Part shown: in pieces, positions 1 through 9,814 of the stretch | Layout of the letters: each line of letters starts with the position of its first letter | How positions within the stretch are numbered: the first letter of the stretch is position 1 | DNA from: an uncultured Armatimonadetes bacterium | Lineage (GTDB): Bacteria > Armatimonadota > Hebobacteria > Hebobacterales > Hebobacteraceae | Assembly: GCA_963716175.1 (NCBI GenBank) | Contig: OY970296.1 | Location: 1,088,001 to 1,152,000 of the forward strand | Direction of reading: 5' to 3' | DNA length: 64,000 nucleotides | Notes under the pieces: generated by a model | The model's database searches: none | The model's input: the letters and a program-made list of their open reading frames with translations, nothing else | What the model was told of the DNA's origin: nothing | Program-made: the position numbers and the translations under genes

Positions 1-123
1 AGTCGCGCTCCTTAGGCCAACTCGGACACCCCTCCGTGCCATGCTTGAGGCCGTTAACAGGGACCCCCCCTCCGGCCCTGCTCCAAGCCCCGTGCCGAGT
101 ATAGCTTTGCCCGTGGCCCAGAG

Positions 124-1221
124 TCAAGCTGGTCGCCGTTCGCCCGCGATCAGCCCCCGGTAGATGGCCTCGATCTTGGTCACCGTTTGCTCCACATCGA
201 AAGCCTCCTGCACCCGCCACCTCCCCGCCGCGCCCATGGCGCGGGCCTCCCCGGGATCAGCCAGCAGGCTCTCCAGCGCCTTCGCCAGTTCCGCCGGCTG
301 GCCCGGCGCCACCAGCAGCCCAGTCTCTCCGTCCACCACCACCTCGGGGGTTCCCCCCACTCTGCAAGCCACGACCGGCTTGCTCAGCGCCATTGCCTCC
401 AGCGCCGCCAGCGACAGCCCCTCCTGAATGGAGGGCAGCACGAAGATATCCGCCGCCTGCAAGAAGGGAAGCACATCCCGCTGGAATCCGCAGAAGATGA
501 CCCGGTCGCCCACTCCCTGTCGCGCGGCCTCCCGCTGCAGGGCTGACAGCAGCGTCCCGGTCCCCACCACCAGCAGCCGCAGCTCATCCCAGCGCGGCTC
601 GCTCACCAGCATCGCCACCGCTTCCAGCAGGTCCCGGTGCCCTTTGGCCGGAGCCAGCCTACCCACCGCAATCAGCACGGGCGCCCCCTCCGGCAGACCC
701 CACCGCGACCGCAGCGCCCCGCCCTCATCGGGTCGGGAGAGGGTCCGTAGGTCCACCCCGTTGTGGACCACAGTGATCCGTTCCGGCGGCATCCCCTGCG
801 CCACCAGGTGCTGCCTGACCGCGTTCGAGACCGCGATGATCGCGCGCGCCCAGGTGAAGCACACCCGGCTGTTGAGGCCGTGCACAGTGGCGACGGCCGG
901 GATCCCCGCCAGTCTGGCCGCCCAGCTGCCAAGCAGGCTGGCGGTAGAGAGATGAGTGTGGATGAGCTGCACGCCCTCCCGTCGCAGCCACCACACCAGC
1001 CGCGCCAGCATCGCCGGGTCCACCTTCCCGGTCGCGCGCGGCGCCCGCACCGTCAGCCCCCGCGCCACCAACTCTGCCACCAGCGGCCGCCCGCGAGGGC
1101 AGATCACTGTCACCTGGTGGCCCCGCTCGCGCAGCTTCTCCGCCAGCGTGGCCACGTGCACCTCTGCGCCCCCGATCTGCGAGGGAGTGATATACTGCAC
1201 CAAGCGCAGAGGCCCGGTCAC
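124..1221 (-). CDS. GT4 family glycosyltransferase
   Basis: N-terminal GGAE motif, IHTH, VVHNGVD, C-terminal FVLPSxxEGLSLAALEAMA and GGTPEVV. Confidence 0.93.
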   Translation of the reverse strand: MTGPLRLVQYITPSQIGGAEVHVATLAEKLRERGHQVTVICPRGRPLVAELVARGLTVRAPRATGKVDPAMLARLVWWLRREGVQLIHTHLSTASLLGSWAARLAGIPAVATVHGLNSRVCFTWARAIIAVSNAVRQHLVAQGMPPERITVVHNGVDLRTLSRPDEGGALRSRWGLPEGAPVLIAVGRLAPAKGHRDLLEAVAMLVSEPRWDELRLLVVGTGTLLSALQREAARQGVGDRVIFCGFQRDVLPFLQAADIFVLPSIQEGLSLAALEAMALSKPVVACRVGGTPEVVVDGETGLLVAPGQPAELAKALESLLADPGEARAMGAAGRWRVQEAFDVEQTVTKIEAIYRGLIAGERRPA

Positions 1222-1943
1222 GGACCCGCTCGCTCTGCCCGCCAGAGCTTGTAGCGGAAGCGCGGCAGCACGTTATAGCGGCGGATGTTGATGCGCGGCA
1301 GGGCCAGGGGGTCGTCCCCGCGCCGCGCCGCCGATCGCACGGTGGTGCAGGCCACCTCGTATCCGGCCCCTTGCACCAGCTCTCTCACCCGCGGGTTCCA
1401 TTCCCCATAGGGGTAGGCGAAGGACAGGCAGGCCTCCCCCAGCGCCTCCTCCAGCCGGGATCGGGACTCGGTGATCTCGCGCGCGGCCTCGCTTTCCTCG
1501 ACCTGCGTGAGGTGGACATGGCTCAAGGTGTGAGAGCCGAACTCAAGGCCCTCCCGTCTCATCTCCGCGATCTGGGCCCAGCTCAGCATGGGCTCGGCCA
1601 CATCCCCCGCCGCCTGCTCCCAGGAGTTGGTCCCCCCGACCGCGCCCGCCACCAGGAACACGGTGGCAGTCAGCCCTCGCTCCACCAGCGCGGGAAGAGC
1701 CTGCTCGTACAGGCAGCGGTATCCGTCATCGAAGGTGATCACCACCGGCCGCGCCGGAAGCGGCCCCTGCCTCCGAGCTATCTCCAGCAGCGGGATGCTC
1801 GCATATCCATGTCCCACCAGGTAGTCGAGATGGCGGCGGAACAGCCCCGGCGACACATAGTGGCCGGCCACGCGCGCCCCACTTGGCGGCCGGCCGATCT
1901 TGTGGTAAAGCAGAATCGGAATGTTCGGTTCCCCACTCATCAT
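1218..1943 (-). CDS. Polysaccharide deacetylase (NodB/CE4)
   Basis: PILLYHKI, VITFDDGY, GSHTLSH and FAYPYG motifs; start placed at MMSGEP (ORF extends to 2063); 4-nt overlap with the GT gene. Confidence 0.9.
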   Translation of the reverse strand: MMSGEPNIPILLYHKIGRPPSGARVAGHYVSPGLFRRHLDYLVGHGYASIPLLEIARRQGPLPARPVVITFDDGYRCLYEQALPALVERGLTATVFLVAGAVGGTNSWEQAAGDVAEPMLSWAQIAEMRREGLEFGSHTLSHVHLTQVEESEAAREITESRSRLEEALGEACLSFAYPYGEWNPRVRELVQGAGYEVACTTVRSAARRGDDPLALPRINIRRYNVLPRFRYKLWRAERAGP

Positions 1944-2094
1944 CCCCTGGCCTGTTCGCTCCCCCCGCAGCACGCTCCTCCCCGCGCCGGCCAAACCGAG
2001 GGCGCCCACCGTAGCCTTGGCAAAGGTGGGCGCCCTCTCCACGAGCGCTGCGGACTGGTCCATCCGCCAGCGCGAAGCTTATCTACCAGTAGCG

Positions 2095-3633
2095 CTACTC
2101 GACGATGAACCCGAACTCGCGGCGGAGCTGGATCAAGTCACCGGTCTCGTCCGCCACGGAGGTCACCAGGGTGTAGATGCCCGTGGGCAGGTCCAGGTCG
2201 TCCTTAATCGACCACGCTATGATCCAGTAGGGATCCCCGGTCTCCAGTGCGGCCTGCCTGGCAGCCGTGATCTCGAGCGCACCCAGCATGATCAGCTTGG
2301 TGAAGATCGGCGCTGTGGGCCCCGCGGACTTGAACAGCTCAAACTGAATGTCCCAGGTTCCCGTCGGGGTCACGATCCCAGTCGGGCTGGCCGGGAACAG
2401 CAGGTTGAAGCCAAGCCGCACCGCATCGAAGCCCACATAGGCGAAGAGCGGCGTGCCCTCCGGCACGCTCTGGACACTGGTGTACCCGACATAGTCTGCT
2501 GCTTCCGGGTCCACCTCAGTCACCGCCGGGCCCGCCAGCACGATCGGCGCCCCGGTCGGCATCACGAAGGCGCGCCAGATGAACGTCGCCATCTGGTCTC
2601 GCCTGGTCGCTAGGGCCGGGCCGTAGGTACCATCCGGGAATCCTATCGTTACCCCGTGGTCCACGGCGAACTCGATGTACTTGAAGGCCCAGAAAGTCAC
2701 GGGCACATCCGGGAAGGTGTTGATCGCCGGCCCGGAGGGCACGTTCTCATCTCCACCCACCATGCCACGGGAGATGTAGGCTGCCATCTGATCCCGCGTG
2801 ACCACCACGGTGGGACGATAGGTGCCATCGTCATAGCCCAGTACGATCTCCTGGTCCGCCAGGGCCTCGATCTGCGGCCTGGCCCAGAAGATCGAATCAA
2901 TGTCGGAGAACTTGTGCTCGAAGGGTGGAAGCGGTGACTTCAGCGCGCGGGCGATGTACACTGCCATCTGATCCCGCGTCACTTCGACCGCAGGTCGGTA
3001 GGTCCCATCGTCGTAGCCTAACACGACCTCCGGCACTCGGCCTGACAACTCCTCCACCCAGAACCGGGAGAAACCACCTTCCGTGCCCGGCTCGATGTCC
3101 GGGAACCGGCTCACCACGACCGGGTTGATCGCGGTATCACCGTTATCGGTGGTGATCAGCACCGGCGTCGGCGTGGCCGGGTGCGCCAGGATCCAGTTGC
3201 AGTCCAGCGCCAGATCCAGGCCCGGAGCCGTCGCATCAACCATCGGTGGACCTGTCGGCTGCTCCTCCAGGTCATACTGCAAGCTGGTGATGGGCGGCGC
3301 GGTGATGGTAAACTCGAGCAGCAAGTTGGCGGTCGGCGCGATGGTCGGGATGGTGACGGGCGCGATGGTGAACCCCCACCGGTCGATCGGAGAGGCTGCG
3401 GTGGTGATCCCCTCTACCGACACCAGTCCAAAGGAGTGGTTCCAGGTCGAGGTGCCGTCGTTCTCCAGGTTCACCGAGACACCGGCGGCCTGATCCCACT
3501 CCAGCGATTCCGGGAAGCTCTGGTTGAGCAGGTCCCAGCTATCCACCGGGGCCGCGGCAAGAGCCGCCCCAGACCCCAGGCCGAGGCAGAGCGCCACCAG
3601 CACTGCGGTCCATAGGTACTTCATCTTCGTCAT
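2095..3633 (-). CDS. Secreted SLH-domain surface protein
   Basis: Signal peptide; three SLH repeats (GYDDGTYRP...VTRDQMA, FPDVP..FWA). Confidence 0.88.
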   Translation of the reverse strand: MTKMKYLWTAVLVALCLGLGSGAALAAAPVDSWDLLNQSFPESLEWDQAAGVSVNLENDGTSTWNHSFGLVSVEGITTAASPIDRWGFTIAPVTIPTIAPTANLLLEFTITAPPITSLQYDLEEQPTGPPMVDATAPGLDLALDCNWILAHPATPTPVLITTDNGDTAINPVVVSRFPDIEPGTEGGFSRFWVEELSGRVPEVVLGYDDGTYRPAVEVTRDQMAVYIARALKSPLPPFEHKFSDIDSIFWARPQIEALADQEIVLGYDDGTYRPTVVVTRDQMAAYISRGMVGGDENVPSGPAINTFPDVPVTFWAFKYIEFAVDHGVTIGFPDGTYGPALATRRDQMATFIWRAFVMPTGAPIVLAGPAVTEVDPEAADYVGYTSVQSVPEGTPLFAYVGFDAVRLGFNLLFPASPTGIVTPTGTWDIQFELFKSAGPTAPIFTKLIMLGALEITAARQAALETGDPYWIIAWSIKDDLDLPTGIYTLVTSVADETGDLIQLRREFGFIVE

Positions 3634-4156
3634 GCCTCGCCTCCTTGCTAGGAGATGGCTGAATCACTACCAGCGCCAGGCCCACACCGCCCGCCTGGCG
3701 CTCCCTAGAGGCCCGCCTTTCGTGCAAGCTTCTGCGTGACCACCTCCTCCCCTCCCGATCTCGCGAGCCTATCGCATCGGGCAGTGCTCATACCCGGCCG
3801 ATCACTCCGGCGACCGGGCCGCAGAGTCAAGCAGCCTGCGGGGCCCGAAGGGCTCTATCGGTCACCCTGCCACGCCCTTTTCCACGGTCCCCTGGTCTCT
3901 CCTGCCCAGCAGGAGCCCGGGATGTGCCAGAAAGCCCCCTCTCCTCCTGGCCTCTGTACTCTCCATATTCCATTTCCCGCCTGGCGGCACTAACACGCCC
4001 CTGACATTGCCACACGCCCATCCGCCCCTCTGGACCCCACCCCCGCCCGGGGGCTGCCAGGGCCAGGCAACTGCTCTTACCCTGTCCAGCGCAGAGATTC
4101 CTGTCTCCCCTGGGCACCTTCATCATGGAACCCCCCACCCCGCCCCCCTCCGACCT

Positions 4157-4256
4157 GTAGGGCGCGATCCCCTGATCGCGCCTGGCGGGGTCCCTAGGCC
4201 TGTGGAGGCCGGGATGGCGGCCCGAAGGGCCTAGCCATCAGGAGACCCCGCCCTAC
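4157..4256. repeat. REP/REPIN-like palindromic element (GTAG type)
   Basis: gtag followed by the stem ggcgcgatc/gatcgcgcc, closing with inverted ccctac at 4251-4256. Confidence 0.5.
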
Positions 4257-4262
4257 AAACGC

Positions 4263-4292
4263 GGACCGGCCCGGTCTGCACCGGGCCGGTCC
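4263..4292 (-). terminator. GC-rich hairpin downstream of the large SLH gene
   Basis: ggaccggcccggt-ctgc-accgggccggtcc, followed by a short T run on the minus strand. Confidence 0.55.
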
Positions 4293-4354
4293 GTCCACGC
4301 ACTACACTGTCCTTAGTCGGTCACCCGATCGCTCGGGAGACCAACCGAGTGGTC

Positions 4355-7300
4355 TTAGAGACCCTTGAACATGATGTGGTCAATCCAGGCGAAGCTGTCC
4401 TCGGTCGCAGCGTCCAGCCCGATCTTCAGCCAGAAGTTCGGGTTGCCATTAGCCGCTGAGGGCAGCTCGATCTCCTCGCTGCCGCCTTCCAGGTCCACAC
4501 CGGTCGGGTTCGACCAGTCCTGGTCGGACAGCTCGTAGATGGTCTCGTAGGTGAGGCCGCCGTCCGTGGAGATAGCCACCGAGAACACCTCGTCCTCAGC
4601 CAGGAAGCTGGCCGCGGCGTTGAAGGAGAGCACGATGTTCTTGAAGCCCACGGTGGAGATATTGCGCTCTGCCACCTGGGTCTTCGTGAAGATCATGCTG
4701 TAGCCATCCTCGGCATAGTCATAGGCGTCGCCGCCCTCGTCAACGCTGGGCGCTCCTGTCCAGAGCATATCCGAAGGCGTAGGCGTCGGCAGGCCGGTCA
4801 ACTTCCAGCCGGTCTTGCCCTTGATATCGGTCGGGGAGATGTAGCCAAGCATCCCGTCGTCGTCGAAGTTCTCGACCCAGAACCGGCCGTAGGACCGATA
4901 GGCCTGCTTCCGGCTCAGCTCGGACCAAGCCGTTCCGCCGACACCGGTCGGGGTGCCGATACTGACCGCCAGCACGAAGTCGCCGTGCTGCTTGTCAGCC
5001 GCGGCCAGCGCGGGCGTTGGCGTCCCTTCGGGCAGCTCCCAGTACGCGGTGAGGTACGGGATGCCGCTGGCCAACCGATCGTCATACTTCGTGTCAATCT
5101 CGGCCGCGTCCCATTCCACAGTCTCCATCCGCTCCGAAAGCGTCGCCGGAACGGTCGGGTACTTGGCGGCGCGCAGCTCGAACTTGACCTTGAAGGTGTC
5201 GGCGCCTGAGACGATCCCCTTCAGGCGGAACGCGTCAAAGCTCACGTAGGCCGTGTTGGTCTGGTCCCAGGAATCGCCCTCGAAGATGTTGCGCCATCCG
5301 GCGTATCCGCGGTGGACGCACCGGTGGTCAATGTCTTCCTCGTTGTCAACGTCGTCGTCGCTCCAGTCCTCCTCGACCGTAACGACGTGGTCGAGCACAT
5401 CAACCGGATCGAGCGACGGCGCTCGGATGGCGACTTCCTCGTCCTCGTTGATCTCATCCAGCTCCTGCTCGTCGAGCGGGATCTGGCCAGTATCTTCGTC
5501 CGCGCCCTCGGACGCCCACCATCCAAGCACTACCGAGTCCGTGATCGCTGGTCCGGCCAGCACTACCGGGGTTCCGACATCCCGGATGAAGGCCCGCCAG
5601 ACGTAGACCGCCAACTGGCCGCGGTCCACCGGGTCGGCCGGCCGGTAGGTGGCGTTCGCTGGGGTGTCGGGCACGCCCGCATAGCCCTCAACGTAGGAGG
5701 CTATGCCGGTAGGCGTATTCCTCAGGGCGTAGATGAACCGGGCGAACGGGTTCTCCACGATCACGCCCGGCGATAGCTCGATGGCGTAGGACACGTCCTT
5801 GAAGGGCTTGATCTTGTTCGCGAGCAGATAGCCCTCAGCGGGCAGGTTGATGCCCGCCGCATTGACGTAGTCCACGCCGTTGGCGATGAACTTCGCCATC
5901 TGGTCGCGGGTCACGATATTCTCGGGCCCGAACGTGCTGTAGTCAGGCGGGTATCCCTGGACGATGTTCAGACCGGCCAAGGCCAGGATGGAAGGCGCGG
6001 CCCAGTGATCCCTGGGCACGTCGCGGAACCGGTTGACCCAGGCGGCGGTCGGTATCGCCATCGCCCGCTGGATGTAGACCGACATGGTCGCGCGGTCGAG
6101 CTGCATCGTGGAGCGATAGGTGAAGGTGCCATCTTCCTCGGCGAAGCCTTGGACCACAAACGGCGCCTTGCCTGCCAGCTCCTCGACCCAGAACCGGGCC
6201 CAGTAGCCGTCCGTATCCGGCCCGATGTCCGGGAACCGGCTGATCACCACCTGGTCCTGCGGGGAGTTCACGGGCTGCCGCTTCACTCCCGGCATGGCGG
6301 TCTCCAGGTTGTCGTAGACCCCAACGGGCTCATCGTCGTCATTGAACAGGGTCCAGTTCAGCCCGATCACACTCGTCATGGCGTCGGCCGGAGCAGTCAT
6401 GCTCACCGGCACCTTGTACTTCATGGTGCTGATCGGCGGAGCCACGACGGTGCCCTCGAAGCCATAACTCTCAGCCCCGGGAACCTCGATGTCCATGTCC
6501 TCTGGGATGATGATGTTGCTGAGCTGGTCCGGCCCGCCGGCCTCTACGGTCTCGCCGTCGGCGTCGGCCGCGGTCAGACCCCAGCGCTGGATCTGGATGC
6601 CCTGACCCCAGGGATTCAGCTCGTCAGGATTGTCCGAGCCGTCCGCCTCGGGGACCGGGTACGGGGTGACGCCCACGTTGGTGGGACCGACCACCTGGGC
6701 GAGGTAGAAGTCCTCCTCCCAGGAGGCATTGCCCACATTCCGGGCGCCGACCACGATGTCCGCGCTCTCATCCCAGGACAGCGCACTGGGCATATCCGTT
6801 TCGTCGGCGTTGGCGATATACTGCTGTATGCCCGCGCTCATCCCTATGTTGTCCACGCTCAAGCCGCCGTACTCGGTGGGGTACTGACCCGCCACGGGGA
6901 CGAAGTAGTCCGTGGGCCCCATCACCAGGCGGAGGTTGGTGGCGCCGCCGGGGACGTCCCACTCGAAGTCCTTCTGCCATCCCTTGGACTTCGCGTACTC
7001 CCCGAGCTTCTCGTAGGCTTCGTTGATCCCCAGGTCGTCGAAGATCCCGTCGCCCTCGGCCGGGCTCTCCCAGATCGTCTCCCAGCACACGCCGTACACG
7101 TAGACGTTGTCCAGGTAGGCGATGCTCTCGGTGGCGCTGCTGCCCACCATCCGGAAGCGAATCTGGAAGTCCGGGTTGTCCTCCGCCTTCTCCCACAGGG
7201 CAGCCGTGCTGATCACGGTAGGATCTGCTGGGTTGCCCACCAGATCCGCGGTGCGACCGGCCTGCTGCTGCCTCGGGAACCAGAAGCGGTAGGTCTTGAG

Positions 7301-9049
7301 CGCGCTGTCGATCCCAGGCGTCGCGCCCACGCCCGGCGCCACGACCACGTTGGCATCGGCATCATGCCAGGTGGCCAGCGGCAGCCAGACCGGCTTGCCC
7401 GCGTTGGGGTCCGTGGGACCCGTGCCGTCAATCGTGGTCTGTCCATCCCACCACTCGGCCACGATCGCGTCCGCCGGATCGTTGAAGTTGGTAGCGATGT
7501 CCACGAAGATCGTGTCATCGTACAGCAGGGACAGGTCAATGGGGATCGCCAGGCCCTGCGTTCCCAGCAGCCTGACGCCGTTGTCCTGCTTGCGCTTGTG
7601 GAGATCCAAAGCGTAATCGCCCCAGGCATTGATCAGGGGCATTCCCGTGTAGGCCAGGGAATCTGGATCGCCCGCAGGCAGACCCGAGATGGTGTAGTCC
7701 TCGCTGATCCCATCCTCGAAGCCCTCCTCGAAGTAGGTGCAGACGAGGTTGTCCACTTCGCCCCAGATGCCGCTCGTGCTGGCAGCGTTCTTCGGGCTGT
7801 TGCAGCCGCACATGCCGCCGTCCGCCTGGAGGGCGACATGGTCGTACAGCGCACTCTCGACGGCCAGCCACCGGTCGGCCACCACCTTCACGTTCCCGCC
7901 GCACAGGCCGCCGCCAATCCACCAGTCATCGGGGTTGCCCTGGTCTATGCCCGTGATGGGATCCCAGGTGGCCCCGATCATGTCACCGCAGTTCTGGCGG
8001 GTGCGCAGGCCCATGTACAGGTACTTGGGCGCCATGTTCCCTTCGTAGTTGTCGCCGACGTTATAGCCGAGGATGTACCCGACCTCATCGGCCGACTCTT
8101 CCCAGTACTCATTTGCGGCATCGTAGGCCGGGTCAACGCCCTTGATGGTAGTGTCGTAGGGCGGCGGCAGCCCGGCCGGCAGCGGCTGTCCACTGGTCCC
8201 GACCTGGGACTGGGCGACCTGCCATCCACCCTCGAAGATCCAGGGGCCCATGATCCACCAGGTGTCGAACATGTTATTCTCGAGCGCCGCCTGTATCTCC
8301 GACCCATCGGCTACCCCGATGCAGTCGAAGTAGTCAGCGCACGTTGTGCCCGACACCCACGGGCAGTCGCAAAGGTCGTTGACCACCGAGGATAGTGCGA
8401 CGGAGGCGATATTCCATCCGCCGTACTCGGCCTCACCGTCGGAGATCAGTCCGAAGCGGATCTGGACCGCCTCCTGGTTGTCGGCCACCGTGGACAGGTC
8501 CACCGTGGCCGTCTGCGGACCGTTGGAGTTCCACAGCATGTAGTCGCCGGCCTGGGTCTCGGTGTAGGGCTGGTTCGTGGCGGGGGTGCCGTTGGCCCAG
8601 ACCTGGACCCACTCGTCGCCATTCGAAACCTCCACCACCGCCTGGTCGTGGCCCATGTCCTGGACCGCCAGCCAGAAGGTGAAGGTGAGCTGGACGCCGA
8701 TCTTGTCGGTGCAGTCCACCTCGCTGGAGGTGGCGTACTCCTCGCTGTCCGGGCTGTAGTTCCCGGTCAGGTTGGTGCCGATCACGTTCCCGACCAGATC
8801 CTCCCCCTCCTGAGCGCCAACCACTTCCGCAGCCGTTGGGTCTCGGCCCCGGAACAGCGAGTCTCCGCCCTCTCCGCTTGGCATCCCCCAGGCCCAGTCC
8901 GGACCATCATAGGTCCAGCCCGGGTTCTGGCTGGCGATGTCCCACGCGAGGGGCGTGAAGTCTTTGCGGTCTGCGAAGGCCGATGAGGTGCAGACGAGCA
9001 CCACGGCCACACAGACCAACAGCAACAACAGGTACTTCATTTTCGACAT
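4355..9049 (-). CDS. Large acidic SLH-domain protein, probable S-layer protein
   Basis: Signal peptide MSKMKYLLLLL with strong SD (aaggaggcgaggcATG); three SLH repeats (DRATMSVY, VTRDQMAKF, VDRGQLAVY); beta-sandwich-like repeats. Confidence 0.85.
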   Translation of the reverse strand: MSKMKYLLLLLVCVAVVLVCTSSAFADRKDFTPLAWDIASQNPGWTYDGPDWAWGMPSGEGGDSLFRGRDPTAAEVVGAQEGEDLVGNVIGTNLTGNYSPDSEEYATSSEVDCTDKIGVQLTFTFWLAVQDMGHDQAVVEVSNGDEWVQVWANGTPATNQPYTETQAGDYMLWNSNGPQTATVDLSTVADNQEAVQIRFGLISDGEAEYGGWNIASVALSSVVNDLCDCPWVSGTTCADYFDCIGVADGSEIQAALENNMFDTWWIMGPWIFEGGWQVAQSQVGTSGQPLPAGLPPPYDTTIKGVDPAYDAANEYWEESADEVGYILGYNVGDNYEGNMAPKYLYMGLRTRQNCGDMIGATWDPITGIDQGNPDDWWIGGGLCGGNVKVVADRWLAVESALYDHVALQADGGMCGCNSPKNAASTSGIWGEVDNLVCTYFEEGFEDGISEDYTISGLPAGDPDSLAYTGMPLINAWGDYALDLHKRKQDNGVRLLGTQGLAIPIDLSLLYDDTIFVDIATNFNDPADAIVAEWWDGQTTIDGTGPTDPNAGKPVWLPLATWHDADANVVVAPGVGATPGIDSALKTYRFWFPRQQQAGRTADLVGNPADPTVISTAALWEKAEDNPDFQIRFRMVGSSATESIAYLDNVYVYGVCWETIWESPAEGDGIFDDLGINEAYEKLGEYAKSKGWQKDFEWDVPGGATNLRLVMGPTDYFVPVAGQYPTEYGGLSVDNIGMSAGIQQYIANADETDMPSALSWDESADIVVGARNVGNASWEEDFYLAQVVGPTNVGVTPYPVPEADGSDNPDELNPWGQGIQIQRWGLTAADADGETVEAGGPDQLSNIIIPEDMDIEVPGAESYGFEGTVVAPPISTMKYKVPVSMTAPADAMTSVIGLNWTLFNDDDEPVGVYDNLETAMPGVKRQPVNSPQDQVVISRFPDIGPDTDGYWARFWVEELAGKAPFVVQGFAEEDGTFTYRSTMQLDRATMSVYIQRAMAIPTAAWVNRFRDVPRDHWAAPSILALAGLNIVQGYPPDYSTFGPENIVTRDQMAKFIANGVDYVNAAGINLPAEGYLLANKIKPFKDVSYAIELSPGVIVENPFARFIYALRNTPTGIASYVEGYAGVPDTPANATYRPADPVDRGQLAVYVWRAFIRDVGTPVVLAGPAITDSVVLGWWASEGADEDTGQIPLDEQELDEINEDEEVAIRAPSLDPVDVLDHVVTVEEDWSDDDVDNEEDIDHRCVHRGYAGWRNIFEGDSWDQTNTAYVSFDAFRLKGIVSGADTFKVKFELRAAKYPTVPATLSERMETVEWDAAEIDTKYDDRLASGIPYLTAYWELPEGTPTPALAAADKQHGDFVLAVSIGTPTGVGGTAWSELSRKQAYRSYGRFWVENFDDDGMLGYISPTDIKGKTGWKLTGLPTPTPSDMLWTGAPSVDEGGDAYDYAEDGYSMIFTKTQVAERNISTVGFKNIVLSFNAAASFLAEDEVFSVAISTDGGLTYETIYELSDQDWSNPTGVDLEGGSEEIELPSAANGNPNFWLKIGLDAATEDSFAWIDHIMFKGL

Positions 9050-9560
9050 GCCTCGCCTCCTTGACAGGGTGGCACATCTCGACTTCAGTTGCGACGCGTC
9101 GTGAACCACAACGCGCGAGGACGCGCTCCGAGGCAGGAAGACGCGCCCTTGGTGAGTACATCACTGCGGCTGCCCCATCACCTCCTTTCACTCGCGACGG
9201 GATCGCGAGCTGTATGGTCAGCACCCTCCGGCCCGTTGCCTGAGGGTTGGACCGAGTCCGACGGACTACTTCGTCCTTGCTGCCGTGAAGTTATCAGACC
9301 GGATGATAGATGAAGTGAGTTCTGCCCTGCTCTTCACTGGCTGCGCCGACGCTGGTCCTTTGACCCGATCCCTTTCCCCGGCCGACTAAGGCCCTTGCTG
9401 TCCATACCTCAGAGGAGAAACTGCCTTTGGGGCGAGAAAACGAGGAACTGGTCCCGAGTGCCTGTTGCGATACCGACAACTCGCCCGCCGTTGCAGGATG
9501 CCGTCAATGGCCCGCCGCCCTAGGTCACCTCCCAGCTCGATCTGGTATCACAGGCATAAG

Positions 9561-9590
9561 AGTCTAGCACAGCCGTCCCCCCTGCGTCAA
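9561..9590 (-). promoter_or_regulatory. Sigma70-type promoter for the large SLH gene
   Basis: Minus strand TTGACG-N18-TAGACT with extended -10 TG. Confidence 0.55.
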
Positions 9591-9670
9591 GACCCCGCCA
9601 CCCTTATTTCACAGTTCCTTCACGGACCGGCCTGCGACTCCCTGCAGGGCGGCGTGGGCACGCCCGCCCC

Positions 9671-9744
9671 GTGGGAGCCCGGTCCTCCGGGCGATCACAG
9701 CGGACCTCCTCCTCTCGGGATCGCCTCGAGGACGAGGCTCCCAC
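9671..9744. repeat. REPIN-like doublet (GTGGGAGC...GCTCCCAC)
   Basis: Terminal inverted repeat gtgggagcc/ggctcccac with nested gtcctc/gaggac and ggcgatc/gatcgcc. Confidence 0.6.
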
Positions 9745-9814
9745 ATGCCTCCGGCGCCAAAGGGTTCACCCCCTGTTCTATGGAACCTGGTAACTGCCCC
9801 TGTGGGGCCTCATC

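Noticed and set aside
6005-8395. 796-aa antisense ORF, and similar long shadow ORFs at 26119-28203 and 43686-45287
   Set aside because: Expected mirror ORFs of high-GC genes; no recognisable motifs
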